IMG/VR virus record: IMGVR_UViG_3300023179_000039
Coordinates: 1 to 64,000 of that record
Source of the DNA: a virus
Length of the DNA: 64,000 nt
Reading direction: 5' to 3' (one strand)
A program made the position numbers and the translations under genes. The notes below the pieces were generated by a model, which was not told the DNA's origin, did not search any database, and worked only from the letters and a program-made list of their open reading frames with translations. Shown in pieces: positions 47,161 through 55,277 of the stretch; position 1 is the first letter of the stretch, and every line of letters begins with the position of its first letter.

Positions 47161-47892
47161 GTGAATTTAAATGTAAAAGATAAAGATAATTTTTTATTAA
47201 ATTTTGTTACACCGTTAAGCAAAGTTGCTGATAGCGCAGTTTTAAAAGTTAAGAATGGTAAAATAACATCATTAATATCGACAAGCGATAATACTATTAT
47301 TGTATATTCTGAATATAATGACGATGCAATTAAAGCAGATTCTACTCTTAATATTCCTGACCTAAAGAAGTTAAGTAGAGTTATTTCATGTGTTGAAGAG
47401 CCAAAATTAGATTTCGATATATCATCAAACTATATCGGATATAATTCGAATAATGTAAGATTTAAATACCATCTTTACGATGACGGTATTATACCTTCAC
47501 CTAAACTTAGTATCGATAAACTTAATGCTTTAGAATTTGATGGTAAATTCACCCTCCCTTTTAGTTCCGTTATTAATCTTATTAAAGGCAGCTCTATTAG
47601 TACCGAAACAAATAAAGTTTATATCAGTGTAAAGAATAATTCTGTATTTGGTGAGCTAACTGATAAAACTAGAGCTAACATAGATTCATATGGAATTAAT
47701 ATTTCTACAGATTATGAAGGCACACAGTTTGCCATTGCTATACCGTTGAATTTTGAGATATTTAGAATAATTTCTTCTATGAAGTTCAAAGAGCTACAAG
47801 CCCACCTTATTACAAAAATGGGCGTAATGACGCTTGATTTAAATCTTGATAATGCAAAATTTAAATTTGTTATTTCTGCACTAGCTAACTAA
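47161..47892 (+). CDS. gp45: Sliding clamp, gp45-like
   Basis: 243 aa; LNIPDL..L, RFKYHL, C-terminal FVISAL; replication context. Confidence 0.75.
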   Translation: MNLNVKDKDNFLLNFVTPLSKVADSAVLKVKNGKITSLISTSDNTIIVYSEYNDDAIKADSTLNIPDLKKLSRVISCVEEPKLDFDISSNYIGYNSNNVRFKYHLYDDGIIPSPKLSIDKLNALEFDGKFTLPFSSVINLIKGSSISTETNKVYISVKNNSVFGELTDKTRANIDSYGINISTDYEGTQFAIAIPLNFEIFRIISSMKFKELQAHLITKMGVMTLDLNLDNAKFKFVISALAN

Positions 47893-47893
47893 T

Positions 47894-48268
47894 ATGAGTA
47901 AAAATAAAATTAAAACACCTAGTTACTTTATTAAGCGTTTGCGAGATAACGGGTTTGTTGTTATTAAGCTTTTTAATGTCTATAGCAAATGTGACCCGCG
48001 TAGATGGACAGTAATGGTTAACCCTAGTTTTGAATCTGTTCTTATTACATGCTATACAAACAAGGATAATATTGATGAGGTGTTGTTTGAATTTAATGAT
48101 GGCGATAGAAAAATTCAGCGTAATTTCTCAATTAAGACAGATTCTATTGAAGTAATAATAACTTTCTTAATTAGACATGGTATTTCTAATAATGTTGATT
48201 ACCAAGGACGTAGCAGATACTTGTCAAGGAGACTAAATAATTATGATGAAAAACAAAAAGTTGCCTAA
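47894..48268 (+). CDS. Hypothetical protein
   Basis: 124-aa ORF directly after gp45. Confidence 0.6.
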   Translation: MSKNKIKTPSYFIKRLRDNGFVVIKLFNVYSKCDPRRWTVMVNPSFESVLITCYTNKDNIDEVLFEFNDGDRKIQRNFSIKTDSIEVIITFLIRHGISNNVDYQGRSRYLSRRLNNYDEKQKVA

Positions 48269-48569
48269 AGACAATAGTTCTGATAAAAACTTTAATCCTA
48301 ATGAGAATAAAGAAATTAAAGAACTTACTCACAAGGCTTTGCTGTCATTTTTAAAAGAACAGATTTCCGAAAGAAACTCAAATAAAAAAGACCTCGACGC
48401 GTTACACGCTCAAATACTAGAATTTCTTAATTGCTTTATTTTAATTGGCTACAATTTTCAAGGCGAGCCAATTTCAATGATATCTGCGCACAATCAGCAA
48501 GAGGCCGACTCTTTAGCCGCTTTAATTAATAAATTTATTTTGAACTCTTCTAAAGATCAAAACGATTGA
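48243..48569 (+). CDS. Hypothetical protein
   Basis: 108-aa ORF; TAAATA 48234-48239 upstream. Confidence 0.6.
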   Translation: MMKNKKLPKDNSSDKNFNPNENKEIKELTHKALLSFLKEQISERNSNKKDLDALHAQILEFLNCFILIGYNFQGEPISMISAHNQQEADSLAALINKFILNSSKDQND

Positions 48570-48599
48570 TATAGCTATTTTTTCTATTAAAATAATCGA

Positions 48600-49433
48600 G
48601 TGAAAGTATTAGTCCTAGGAAAGGGATTTATTGGATCTAAGCTTATTGATTTTTTAAGATTAAAAGATGTTGATACTTTTGGTATTGCGCAGAACGAAAT
48701 TAATTATACTAGCTCTAGAGCGCTTGCTAATCTTTTAAGAGATTACAACTTTACTCACGTTATTAATTGCTGCGGGTATACAGGTGTACCGAATGTAGAC
48801 GGATGTGAGAGTAATAAAGAAGACTGTTGGAAATATAATGTAGTTATTGCTTCAAAAATTGATAGCCTTGTAAAATACTATAATAAAAAAATGATTCACA
48901 TTTCAAGCGGTTGCATATACACCGGATATGAAAAAGAATTTGAGGAAACAGATGTACCTAATTTTGGATTGTTTAATCCGCAGTCGAGTTTTTATAGTAA
49001 AACAAAACACGCATTCGAGACAATTATTGACACACATTGCTCTGCAATATTTAGAATAAGAATGCCTTTTACCGGGTTACGTGAAAATAAAAATTATCTT
49101 TACAAGCTTTTAAAATATGATAATTTAATTTCTATGCCTAATAGCTTAACAGGCGTTAATGATCTTAATGAACTTGTTTATAAATTTATTTTAGATTTTA
49201 GACCAGGACTATATAATGTAGTTAACCCTCAACCTTTGACAGCTAAAGAAATTGTCGATATTATGAAAAAATATAATATTAATAATGTAAATTGGAAGTT
49301 TATTGATATATCTAATCTTAATACTGTAGCAAATAGGTCTAATTGCGTGTTAAGTGCTAATAAACTAAAGAGCTTAGGTCTATCATTACCAGATACATTA
49401 GTTTCATTAGAAAACTGTATAAAGTCCTTATGA
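48600..49433 (+). CDS. RmlD-like NDP-4-keto-6-deoxy-sugar reductase (NRS/ER type)
   Basis: Motifs VLGKGFIG, INCCGYTGVPNVDGCE, SSGCIY, FYSKTK (YxxxK), RIRMP. Confidence 0.85.
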   Translation: MKVLVLGKGFIGSKLIDFLRLKDVDTFGIAQNEINYTSSRALANLLRDYNFTHVINCCGYTGVPNVDGCESNKEDCWKYNVVIASKIDSLVKYYNKKMIHISSGCIYTGYEKEFEETDVPNFGLFNPQSSFYSKTKHAFETIIDTHCSAIFRIRMPFTGLRENKNYLYKLLKYDNLISMPNSLTGVNDLNELVYKFILDFRPGLYNVVNPQPLTAKEIVDIMKKYNINNVNWKFIDISNLNTVANRSNCVLSANKLKSLGLSLPDTLVSLENCIKSL

Positions 49434-49720
49434 TATTTGGCTTTAATAAACACCCCAAGCGTAAAGTTGTCTATGCTATAACCGGCGGCAAATATCTAGG
49501 AGAACTATTTGTTTTTATGGAAGAAAAAGATAATAATTTTATTTTTCTATCTTTACCCGAAATGATTGTTAGAGAAGTTCCTAAAGAAAAATTTATGTTT
49601 GGGTTAACCGAAAAAATTATTGATGTCGTCCAAAAGATACCTAGCTATGTTTACAATGTATGTAAAGCACAGTATAATAAGAATAAAACACGTGAAACAG
49701 CATTAGCTGTTAATAAATAG
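49430..49720 (+). CDS. Hypothetical protein
   Basis: 96-aa ORF, ATGA overlap. Confidence 0.6.
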   Translation: MIFGFNKHPKRKVVYAITGGKYLGELFVFMEEKDNNFIFLSLPEMIVREVPKEKFMFGLTEKIIDVVQKIPSYVYNVCKAQYNKNKTRETALAVNK

Positions 49721-49724
49721 TTTT

Positions 49725-49931
49725 ATGGACTTTATCGTACCTAAGAAAATTGTTTCACCTATAAGCGGCGAAACAGTCGTTCCTCGTTTACATACATATG
49801 TGAGAGAGGGTAAGCAAATCGTAGAAGCAGAATATATTGACCCTGCAAGCGGAGTCTTTATTAGAAAAGGCATTGTTTCAGTAACAGATTTGCCTAAACA
49901 AAATAAAAATACAGACAAAAAAGCTGAATAA
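49725..49931 (+). CDS. Small hypothetical late protein
   Basis: TAAATA 5 nt before ATG. Confidence 0.6.
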   Translation: MDFIVPKKIVSPISGETVVPRLHTYVREGKQIVEAEYIDPASGVFIRKGIVSVTDLPKQNKNTDKKAE

Positions 49932-49973
49932 CTTTTGTCTTGTATTTGTTTGTTAAACTATTATACTTAACTT

Positions 49974-51005
49974 GTGTTAGTTCCTACCGAATATATACTG
50001 CAAAAATTCTATCAATATGCAGGCTACCCGCAATTTAAGAAAACAAGCAATACGTATATTGCAGGGTGTCCAATTTGTAGGGAGGGTAAATCGTGGGGTA
50101 AGAAGAGAAGATGTATTTTTATACCTGAAGATGGTGTTGTATGTTGTCATAATTGCGGGTGGTATAGTAATGCTGTAAAATGGATAACTGAGGTATCTGG
50201 TCTTTCGTTCTCTGAAATAGTAAACGAATCTAAAGAATTTGATGTGTTGCCATTAAACGTGTATCAAGAAGAAAAAAAGCCTGTTAAAAAACCAGCTGCT
50301 ACTTTACCTTCTGATTGTATAAATTTGTTTGATTCAAATCAGATAGATTTTTATAAAGATAACTCAGTAGTAAAGGATGCCTTAGAATTAATTAAAAATA
50401 GAAAATTAGATGTAGCTATTAATAGACCGGATACGCTGTGGGTTACTTGTAAAGACAAGATTCATAAGAATAGAATAGTGATACCTTTTTATGATGAAAA
50501 CAATAATATTATTTTCTATCAAACCAGGCTCATATATAAAAAAGATGAGCGAATGTATCCAAAATATCTAAGCAAGGTAAACGGTGAAAAGTCACTATAT
50601 AATGTTAATAAGATTTCATCTAATTTAGAATATATTTTTATTTTTGAAGGCCCTATAGATGCTTTTTTTGTTAAAAATGGAACAGCTGTTGCTGGTATTC
50701 AAGAGAAAAGTTCTAATACATTTTCTACACTACAAGAGCATCAAATGTTATCTTATAAATTTTTTAATAAAATATGGGTATTAGATAGTCAGTGGCAAGA
50801 TAAAGCTAGCAGAAATAAAACTAATAAATTAATTGAATCTGGTGAAACAGTATTTATTTGGCCTGAAAACGTTGGTAAAAAATATAAAGATATTAATGAG
50901 ATGTGCGTGGACAGAGACTTATCTCAAATAGATCCAGAGTTTATAATTAGTAACTCACACAAAGATATGAAAGCCAAGCTTTTAATGTCTATTATCTGTC
51001 GTTAG
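49974..51005 (+). CDS. gp61: DNA primase, gp61-like
   Basis: CPIC...CHNC zinc finger, RIVIPF, KY, FEGPIDA, LD, KDINEM. Confidence 0.93.
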   Translation: MLVPTEYILQKFYQYAGYPQFKKTSNTYIAGCPICREGKSWGKKRRCIFIPEDGVVCCHNCGWYSNAVKWITEVSGLSFSEIVNESKEFDVLPLNVYQEEKKPVKKPAATLPSDCINLFDSNQIDFYKDNSVVKDALELIKNRKLDVAINRPDTLWVTCKDKIHKNRIVIPFYDENNNIIFYQTRLIYKKDERMYPKYLSKVNGEKSLYNVNKISSNLEYIFIFEGPIDAFFVKNGTAVAGIQEKSSNTFSTLQEHQMLSYKFFNKIWVLDSQWQDKASRNKTNKLIESGETVFIWPENVGKKYKDINEMCVDRDLSQIDPEFIISNSHKDMKAKLLMSIICR

Positions 51006-51396
51006 CAGAAATAAGATATCCCTTTAACGATTCGCTTAGCGAGCTTAATTCTGAAGCAAGTCTCGCTATTTTCTTTTTTTCACTTCTAGCAATATCTTCA
51101 AAAATAGTATCACAAGCTGCTGTATGTAATTGTACTTGCATGCTTGAAGGTTCTGTACTATTTAAAAACTTAATGAATTCATCTATTTGAGAAATCCATT
51201 CTCTTAGCTTTTGAACTTGTTCTGTCTTTCTGTGATCCTGTACTTGCTCTCTACCACCTTGTACATCAAAATCTTCAGGCTTTGCATTAGTTAATGTCTG
51301 TGCCATAGCTTCTTTGTCGTTAGCAGGAGCAGCAGGTTCTGGGGTAGTTTCGTCAGCTTCTAAAAGCGTATAAAATCTTTTAACAAATGAACTCAT
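50992..51396 (-). CDS. Hypothetical late protein with capsid-targeting-like N-terminus (MSSFVKRFYTLLE-A)
   Basis: TAAATA 5 nt before ATG. Confidence 0.6.
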   Translation of the reverse strand: MSSFVKRFYTLLEADETTPEPAAPANDKEAMAQTLTNAKPEDFDVQGGREQVQDHRKTEQVQKLREWISQIDEFIKFLNSTEPSSMQVQLHTAACDTIFEDIARSEKKKIARLASELSSLSESLKGYLISANDR

Positions 51397-51426
51397 ATTA
51401 TTATTTATTATTGAATAAATAATTTT

Positions 51427-51813
51427 GTGAGAAAAAAGCTTGTTTTTGAAGATATTCTTAACTATAACAAATGGGTTTCTGGTATAGCTTCAAGAGAGCT
51501 TGCCACTCAAAAAGTTACACTTAAAGACATTTTTAACGGACCTTCCACCGAACAAAGCCCTAATGATGCTAAAGCAGACCCTGTAGTACCTTATCCTTTA
51601 CAAAATACTGTACAACAGATAGGAGAGCTTTATATTAATGCTACTAATGCAAAACAATCAGTTCTAAGCTCTTTAAATAACCCTGTATTAAAAGATAATA
51701 AAATAGCAAAAGAAGCAGTTAAAGGTGTTTTAGAAAGATTAGATATTATTATAAACACCGTACAAGACATAATAAAGTTAACTAATAAGCCGGTTGCAAA
51801 AAAAGAAAAATAA
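51427..51813 (+). CDS. Hypothetical late protein
   Basis: TAAATA 5 nt before GTG. Confidence 0.6.
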   Translation: MRKKLVFEDILNYNKWVSGIASRELATQKVTLKDIFNGPSTEQSPNDAKADPVVPYPLQNTVQQIGELYINATNAKQSVLSSLNNPVLKDNKIAKEAVKGVLERLDIIINTVQDIIKLTNKPVAKKEK

Positions 51814-51827
51814 GTTATAATACTATA

Positions 51828-52268
51828 ATGGCAAAAAGACTCTTGGGTCAACTAATATCTTTGTTATTAGTTTCAGTTATTTTTAGTGTGTTATTAAAAC
51901 ACTTTGATGTAAGCTATTGGGTGGGTGGGCTGTTCGGTATTGCAGTACAGTTTGCCGGGTTTTATGCTTTTAAAGCAATTCTCTCTACTTACGCAGCATT
52001 ACAAGATAAAAAGCTAGAAAACGAGCGCATAAAAGAATTATCGTATCAAGGGCTAAGCGTAGCCTGCCCTTGTTATAAAGCAGTTAAACAGTTTGTTCCT
52101 ATTAAGCTTAATGCACCTAACTATTACAAATGCGGCGATTGTAACAAACTAGTAGGCGTTTATGTAAATGCAGAGACTGCTATTGTAACTGAACCGCAAG
52201 AATCTAGTCTAGAAGCAGTAAATAGTTTATTATCTAAGAGCGTTGCTGCAGCAACTAAAACCGTATGA
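51828..52268 (+). CDS. Membrane protein (two TM segments) with C-terminal zinc ribbon
   Basis: Two hydrophobic stretches, then CPC...CGDC. Confidence 0.6.
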   Translation: MAKRLLGQLISLLLVSVIFSVLLKHFDVSYWVGGLFGIAVQFAGFYAFKAILSTYAALQDKKLENERIKELSYQGLSVACPCYKAVKQFVPIKLNAPNYYKCGDCNKLVGVYVNAETAIVTEPQESSLEAVNSLLSKSVAAATKTV

Positions 52269-52717
52269 ATGTACCACAAAGCATAAGTTCAATTACAACT
52301 GACACATCTCCTGATCCCTTTGCCTCGGTAGTCAAATTACCGGATCTTCCTTTAGATGAAATTATAGCTGCCTTTAAACGCTCTTTAACCGCTAAAGAGT
52401 TAGAAGACTTTCAAACTGGCTTGGCTTATTTTAAAAAAGATATATCTTCAGAAAAAGCTATACTAAAAAATATTTTTAATTTGGTATGTGAAATGTTAAT
52501 TAAAGCTATTAACAATAGCGATTTAGATGTAGATTTAAAACCCACCCTTGCAGTACAGATTAAAATGTCAATAGAGAGTCTTTGTAATAATTTTGATGCT
52601 TTTTACACGACTTTAATTATTTTAAATAAAAATAAAAATTTACTTGACGTGAAAGGATTAATCCTGATAATAATAGGATATGCAATCAGTCTTCTCAAAA
52701 AAACAAATAACGGTTGA
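52265..52717 (+). CDS. Hypothetical protein
   Basis: 150-aa ORF, ATGA overlap; hydrophobic C-terminus. Confidence 0.55.
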   Translation: MNVPQSISSITTDTSPDPFASVVKLPDLPLDEIIAAFKRSLTAKELEDFQTGLAYFKKDISSEKAILKNIFNLVCEMLIKAINNSDLDVDLKPTLAVQIKMSIESLCNNFDAFYTTLIILNKNKNLLDVKGLILIIIGYAISLLKKTNNG

Positions 52718-52982
52718 AACATCTAAAACAAAGCACGTACTAGACGCTGAAGAATATACTAGATGGCTTTGTCTTATAGAAGCTTTAGATATCATTTCAA
52801 AAAGTGCAGAGCGCTTTAAAGTCGACTTAAACAATAGCGACTGGATTAAGCCGCTATCACTACAAAAATATATTGTCGAAAGGTTTGAATCAATGATAGA
52901 TGAAGTGTCGATGAACGAAGGTATTAAGATAAATATTAAAAAATTACCATGCACTACATTGTCGGAACCAGTTTTAGAGTAG
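52680..52982 (+). CDS. Hypothetical protein
   Basis: 100-aa ORF in the operon; start uncertain. Confidence 0.55.
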   Translation: MQSVFSKKQITVETSKTKHVLDAEEYTRWLCLIEALDIISKSAERFKVDLNNSDWIKPLSLQKYIVERFESMIDEVSMNEGIKINIKKLPCTTLSEPVLE

Positions 52983-53224
52983 CGCCTAATAGCAAAGTTA
53001 ATATTAGGGATAAACGTTTTGTTCCTAATCAGAGTTATGTACTAACCTACATTTCTAGAAAACAAGATAAAGTAATTTATTTCTTTTCTGGTGGAGGTCA
53101 AAAATTTCAAATTGAATTTAATAGCTGTCGGGAAGGTGACGCGCTTATTTCAAAATTTAGAAATGAAAATATTCCTAACTACGAAGAACGTGTAGAAGAA
53201 GTAGTAGATGTTTTAAACGATTAG
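52949..53224 (+). CDS. Hypothetical protein
   Basis: 91-aa ORF ending convergently with gp14. Confidence 0.55.
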   Translation: MHYIVGTSFRVAPNSKVNIRDKRFVPNQSYVLTYISRKQDKVIYFFSGGGQKFQIEFNSCREGDALISKFRNENIPNYEERVEEVVDVLND

Positions 53225-53946
53225 TATCCGCCGTAAACATTACCGTAGTCTGTCTTAGAATAATCAAAAACAGTTTTAGAAGCAACATTTACATCATATT
53301 CATAAGGTTTATCTGCACCCGATGCATAAGGGCTTTTTGAATCTTCGAATATTTGCTGGTTTTGTGCCTCTTGTGTAACACCAGGTTCAAATGAATATTC
53401 AAATCGTTTGGCTTTTACCAACCATACGTAATGGCCCATTAGAGGGTTAATCTGTGCAATATCTTGATCTAACCTTTGTGTTATTTCGTAAATGTTACCA
53501 TTTCTTCCCCCGGGTCTGTCACTGCCATATTCAGTTAATTGCATAAGGTCACCCGACTTAGGCTCTGCGCCAGGGCCAAAGGTAGCATAGAAAGAGCTTA
53601 TATGAATAAATGCAGTCATCTCATCATCTGAAACAAGACCAAACTTGCTTAACAACAATGCATTTTCATTTAAATTTATTCCTATTATTAAGTTTTGAGG
53701 GGGAGAGTATTGCTGTGTTGGTTGTTCACCGTAAAGCATATCAGCGCTTAATGTTGTTGTATTATTAACAATATAACCTATTTTTTGCCCGTATAAATTA
53801 ATCTGTTCTCTCCAGTAATTAGAAATAGTATTTCTTTCATCAGCATTCTTCTCTTTATCAGTAAATCTAAAACACGTGTTATCTTCAAAAAAGAAAGGAT
53901 ATGTTTTTGGCTGCTCTAAATTACCTGTATAATATTGTGTAGACAT
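53221..53946 (-). CDS. gp14: Neck protein, gp14-like
   Basis: Motifs EQINLYG, D.LYGE, LSKFGLVSDDEMT, PKSGDL, KRFEYS.E. Confidence 0.82.
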   Translation of the reverse strand: MSTQYYTGNLEQPKTYPFFFEDNTCFRFTDKEKNADERNTISNYWREQINLYGQKIGYIVNNTTTLSADMLYGEQPTQQYSPPQNLIIGINLNENALLLSKFGLVSDDEMTAFIHISSFYATFGPGAEPKSGDLMQLTEYGSDRPGGRNGNIYEITQRLDQDIAQINPLMGHYVWLVKAKRFEYSFEPGVTQEAQNQQIFEDSKSPYASGADKPYEYDVNVASKTVFDYSKTDYGNVYGGY

Positions 53947-53947
53947 G

Positions 53948-54268
53948 TTATTTCTCTAGAACTGCCTTTCCAATTAATGGATCAAATCTTAAAATTATCC
54001 CAGTATTACCTAGTTTTTTTGGTGTAGTACTAGCATATTTTAGATTAAACTCATCTTCTATTTGCTTTATTTCGGCTGTATTTAAAACGACTCTACCTTG
54101 TGTTTTACGTAATAGACCCTCTACTTTTTGATTTTTATGAATGGTTCTATGTGCTTTCGGTACAAATCTTGATTGCGAAGGCAGGGTAGCTCCTAGACCT
54201 TCATGACGCTTTTTAACAAAATTACCTTTTTTATTGAATTTACGCCAATGGTCTTTAAACGTATTCAC
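53948..54268 (-). CDS. Basic hypothetical late protein
   Basis: TAAATA 5 nt before GTG. Confidence 0.6.
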   Translation of the reverse strand: MNTFKDHWRKFNKKGNFVKKRHEGLGATLPSQSRFVPKAHRTIHKNQKVEGLLRKTQGRVVLNTAEIKQIEDEFNLKYASTTPKKLGNTGIILRFDPLIGKAVLEK

Positions 54269-54282
54269 ATTATTATTTAAGC

Positions 54283-54320
54283 AAAAAAAAGGGCCTAATT
54301 TGACTTAGGCCCTAATTTTT
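54283..54320 (-). terminator. Rho-independent terminator (possibly bidirectional)
   Basis: Stem AGGGCCTAA (54290-54298) / TTAGGCCCT (54305-54313). A8 run on the left gives the minus-strand U-tract; T-run on the right. Follows the stop at 54337. Confidence 0.85.
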
Positions 54321-54336
54321 ATTAGCTACTTAACGC

Positions 54337-55266
54337 TTATTTAAGACCGGCTAGATAAGCTCCAACCTTTGATGTCTTAGAAGCAACTACGTTAGCCTTA
54401 CCCTTAGGGGATGTGGGAGCGCCACCTTTTACGCCACCACCTACTAGAGCATGGCCTTTTTCACCATCATTACCGACTTTGTCAGTAACTTTACCATCAC
54501 CAGCACCGTGAGATGTTAAACTCTTTGTTACATCACCGACTTTATTGTCTTTCTTCTGTAGGCTTTCACCGGCAGAAGCGGGAAGTTCCTTAAGTTCAGT
54601 GGCTTCCTTAGCTACATTCCTGGAATTCTCTTCGTTATCTTCGTCGGAATCCTTCTCTTCATTATCTTCTTCAGCAGCTTCTTCTTCTTCGTTAGATTCT
54701 TCGCTACCAGCAGCTTCTTCACCACCAACTTCATCGCTTGTTTCATCAGCTTTATGAGCTTCTTCACCGGAGAGCAAATCAGCGAGAACGTCATGAAGCT
54801 TTTGAGCTACATCGCGAGGTAATGTTAAAGTTACTTCTTCTTCACCACCCTTATCTTCACCAGCATCAACGCTAGGAAGACCGAGTGCGGCGATATCGTC
54901 CGACTCAGCGTTCTCGGCCTGTCCGGCCATTACATCTTCAAAAAGTTTATCGAATATTGATTTGCTCATAAAAGTATTTATTGTTTGTACTTCCGTTTTT
55001 TCAAGGTTTTGTGAGAATTTTTTAGGTTCAAAGAAATTTTCTTTTTTAGAAGAATTAGGATCAACGATATCTTTATTAAAGCCATCCGCGTTTTCAGGTC
55101 CAGAATTCTTAGGGAGAAAAGCTTTCTTATCAGCCGTTGCTTCAACAGGCTTTTTATCATCAGCAACCTTAAAAGTGCCCTTAGGAGGAAAGACTGACTT
55201 TTTCTCTTCAATAACTTGCTTTTCATAGAAATCACCGAGTGTTACTAGAGTTCTCGCACCGTTCAT
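54337..55266 (-). CDS. Acidic, low-complexity late protein (probable prohead/internal protein) with nested in-frame start at 54969
   Basis: E/D-rich centre; TAAATA boxes before ATG 55266 (6 nt) and ATG 54969 (5 nt); followed by a terminator. Confidence 0.65.
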   Translation of the reverse strand: MNGARTLVTLGDFYEKQVIEEKKSVFPPKGTFKVADDKKPVEATADKKAFLPKNSGPENADGFNKDIVDPNSSKKENFFEPKKFSQNLEKTEVQTINTFMSKSIFDKLFEDVMAGQAENAESDDIAALGLPSVDAGEDKGGEEEVTLTLPRDVAQKLHDVLADLLSGEEAHKADETSDEVGGEEAAGSEESNEEEEAAEEDNEEKDSDEDNEENSRNVAKEATELKELPASAGESLQKKDNKVGDVTKSLTSHGAGDGKVTDKVGNDGEKGHALVGGGVKGGAPTSPKGKANVVASKTSKVGAYLAGLK

Positions 55267-55277
55267 ATTAAGTATTT

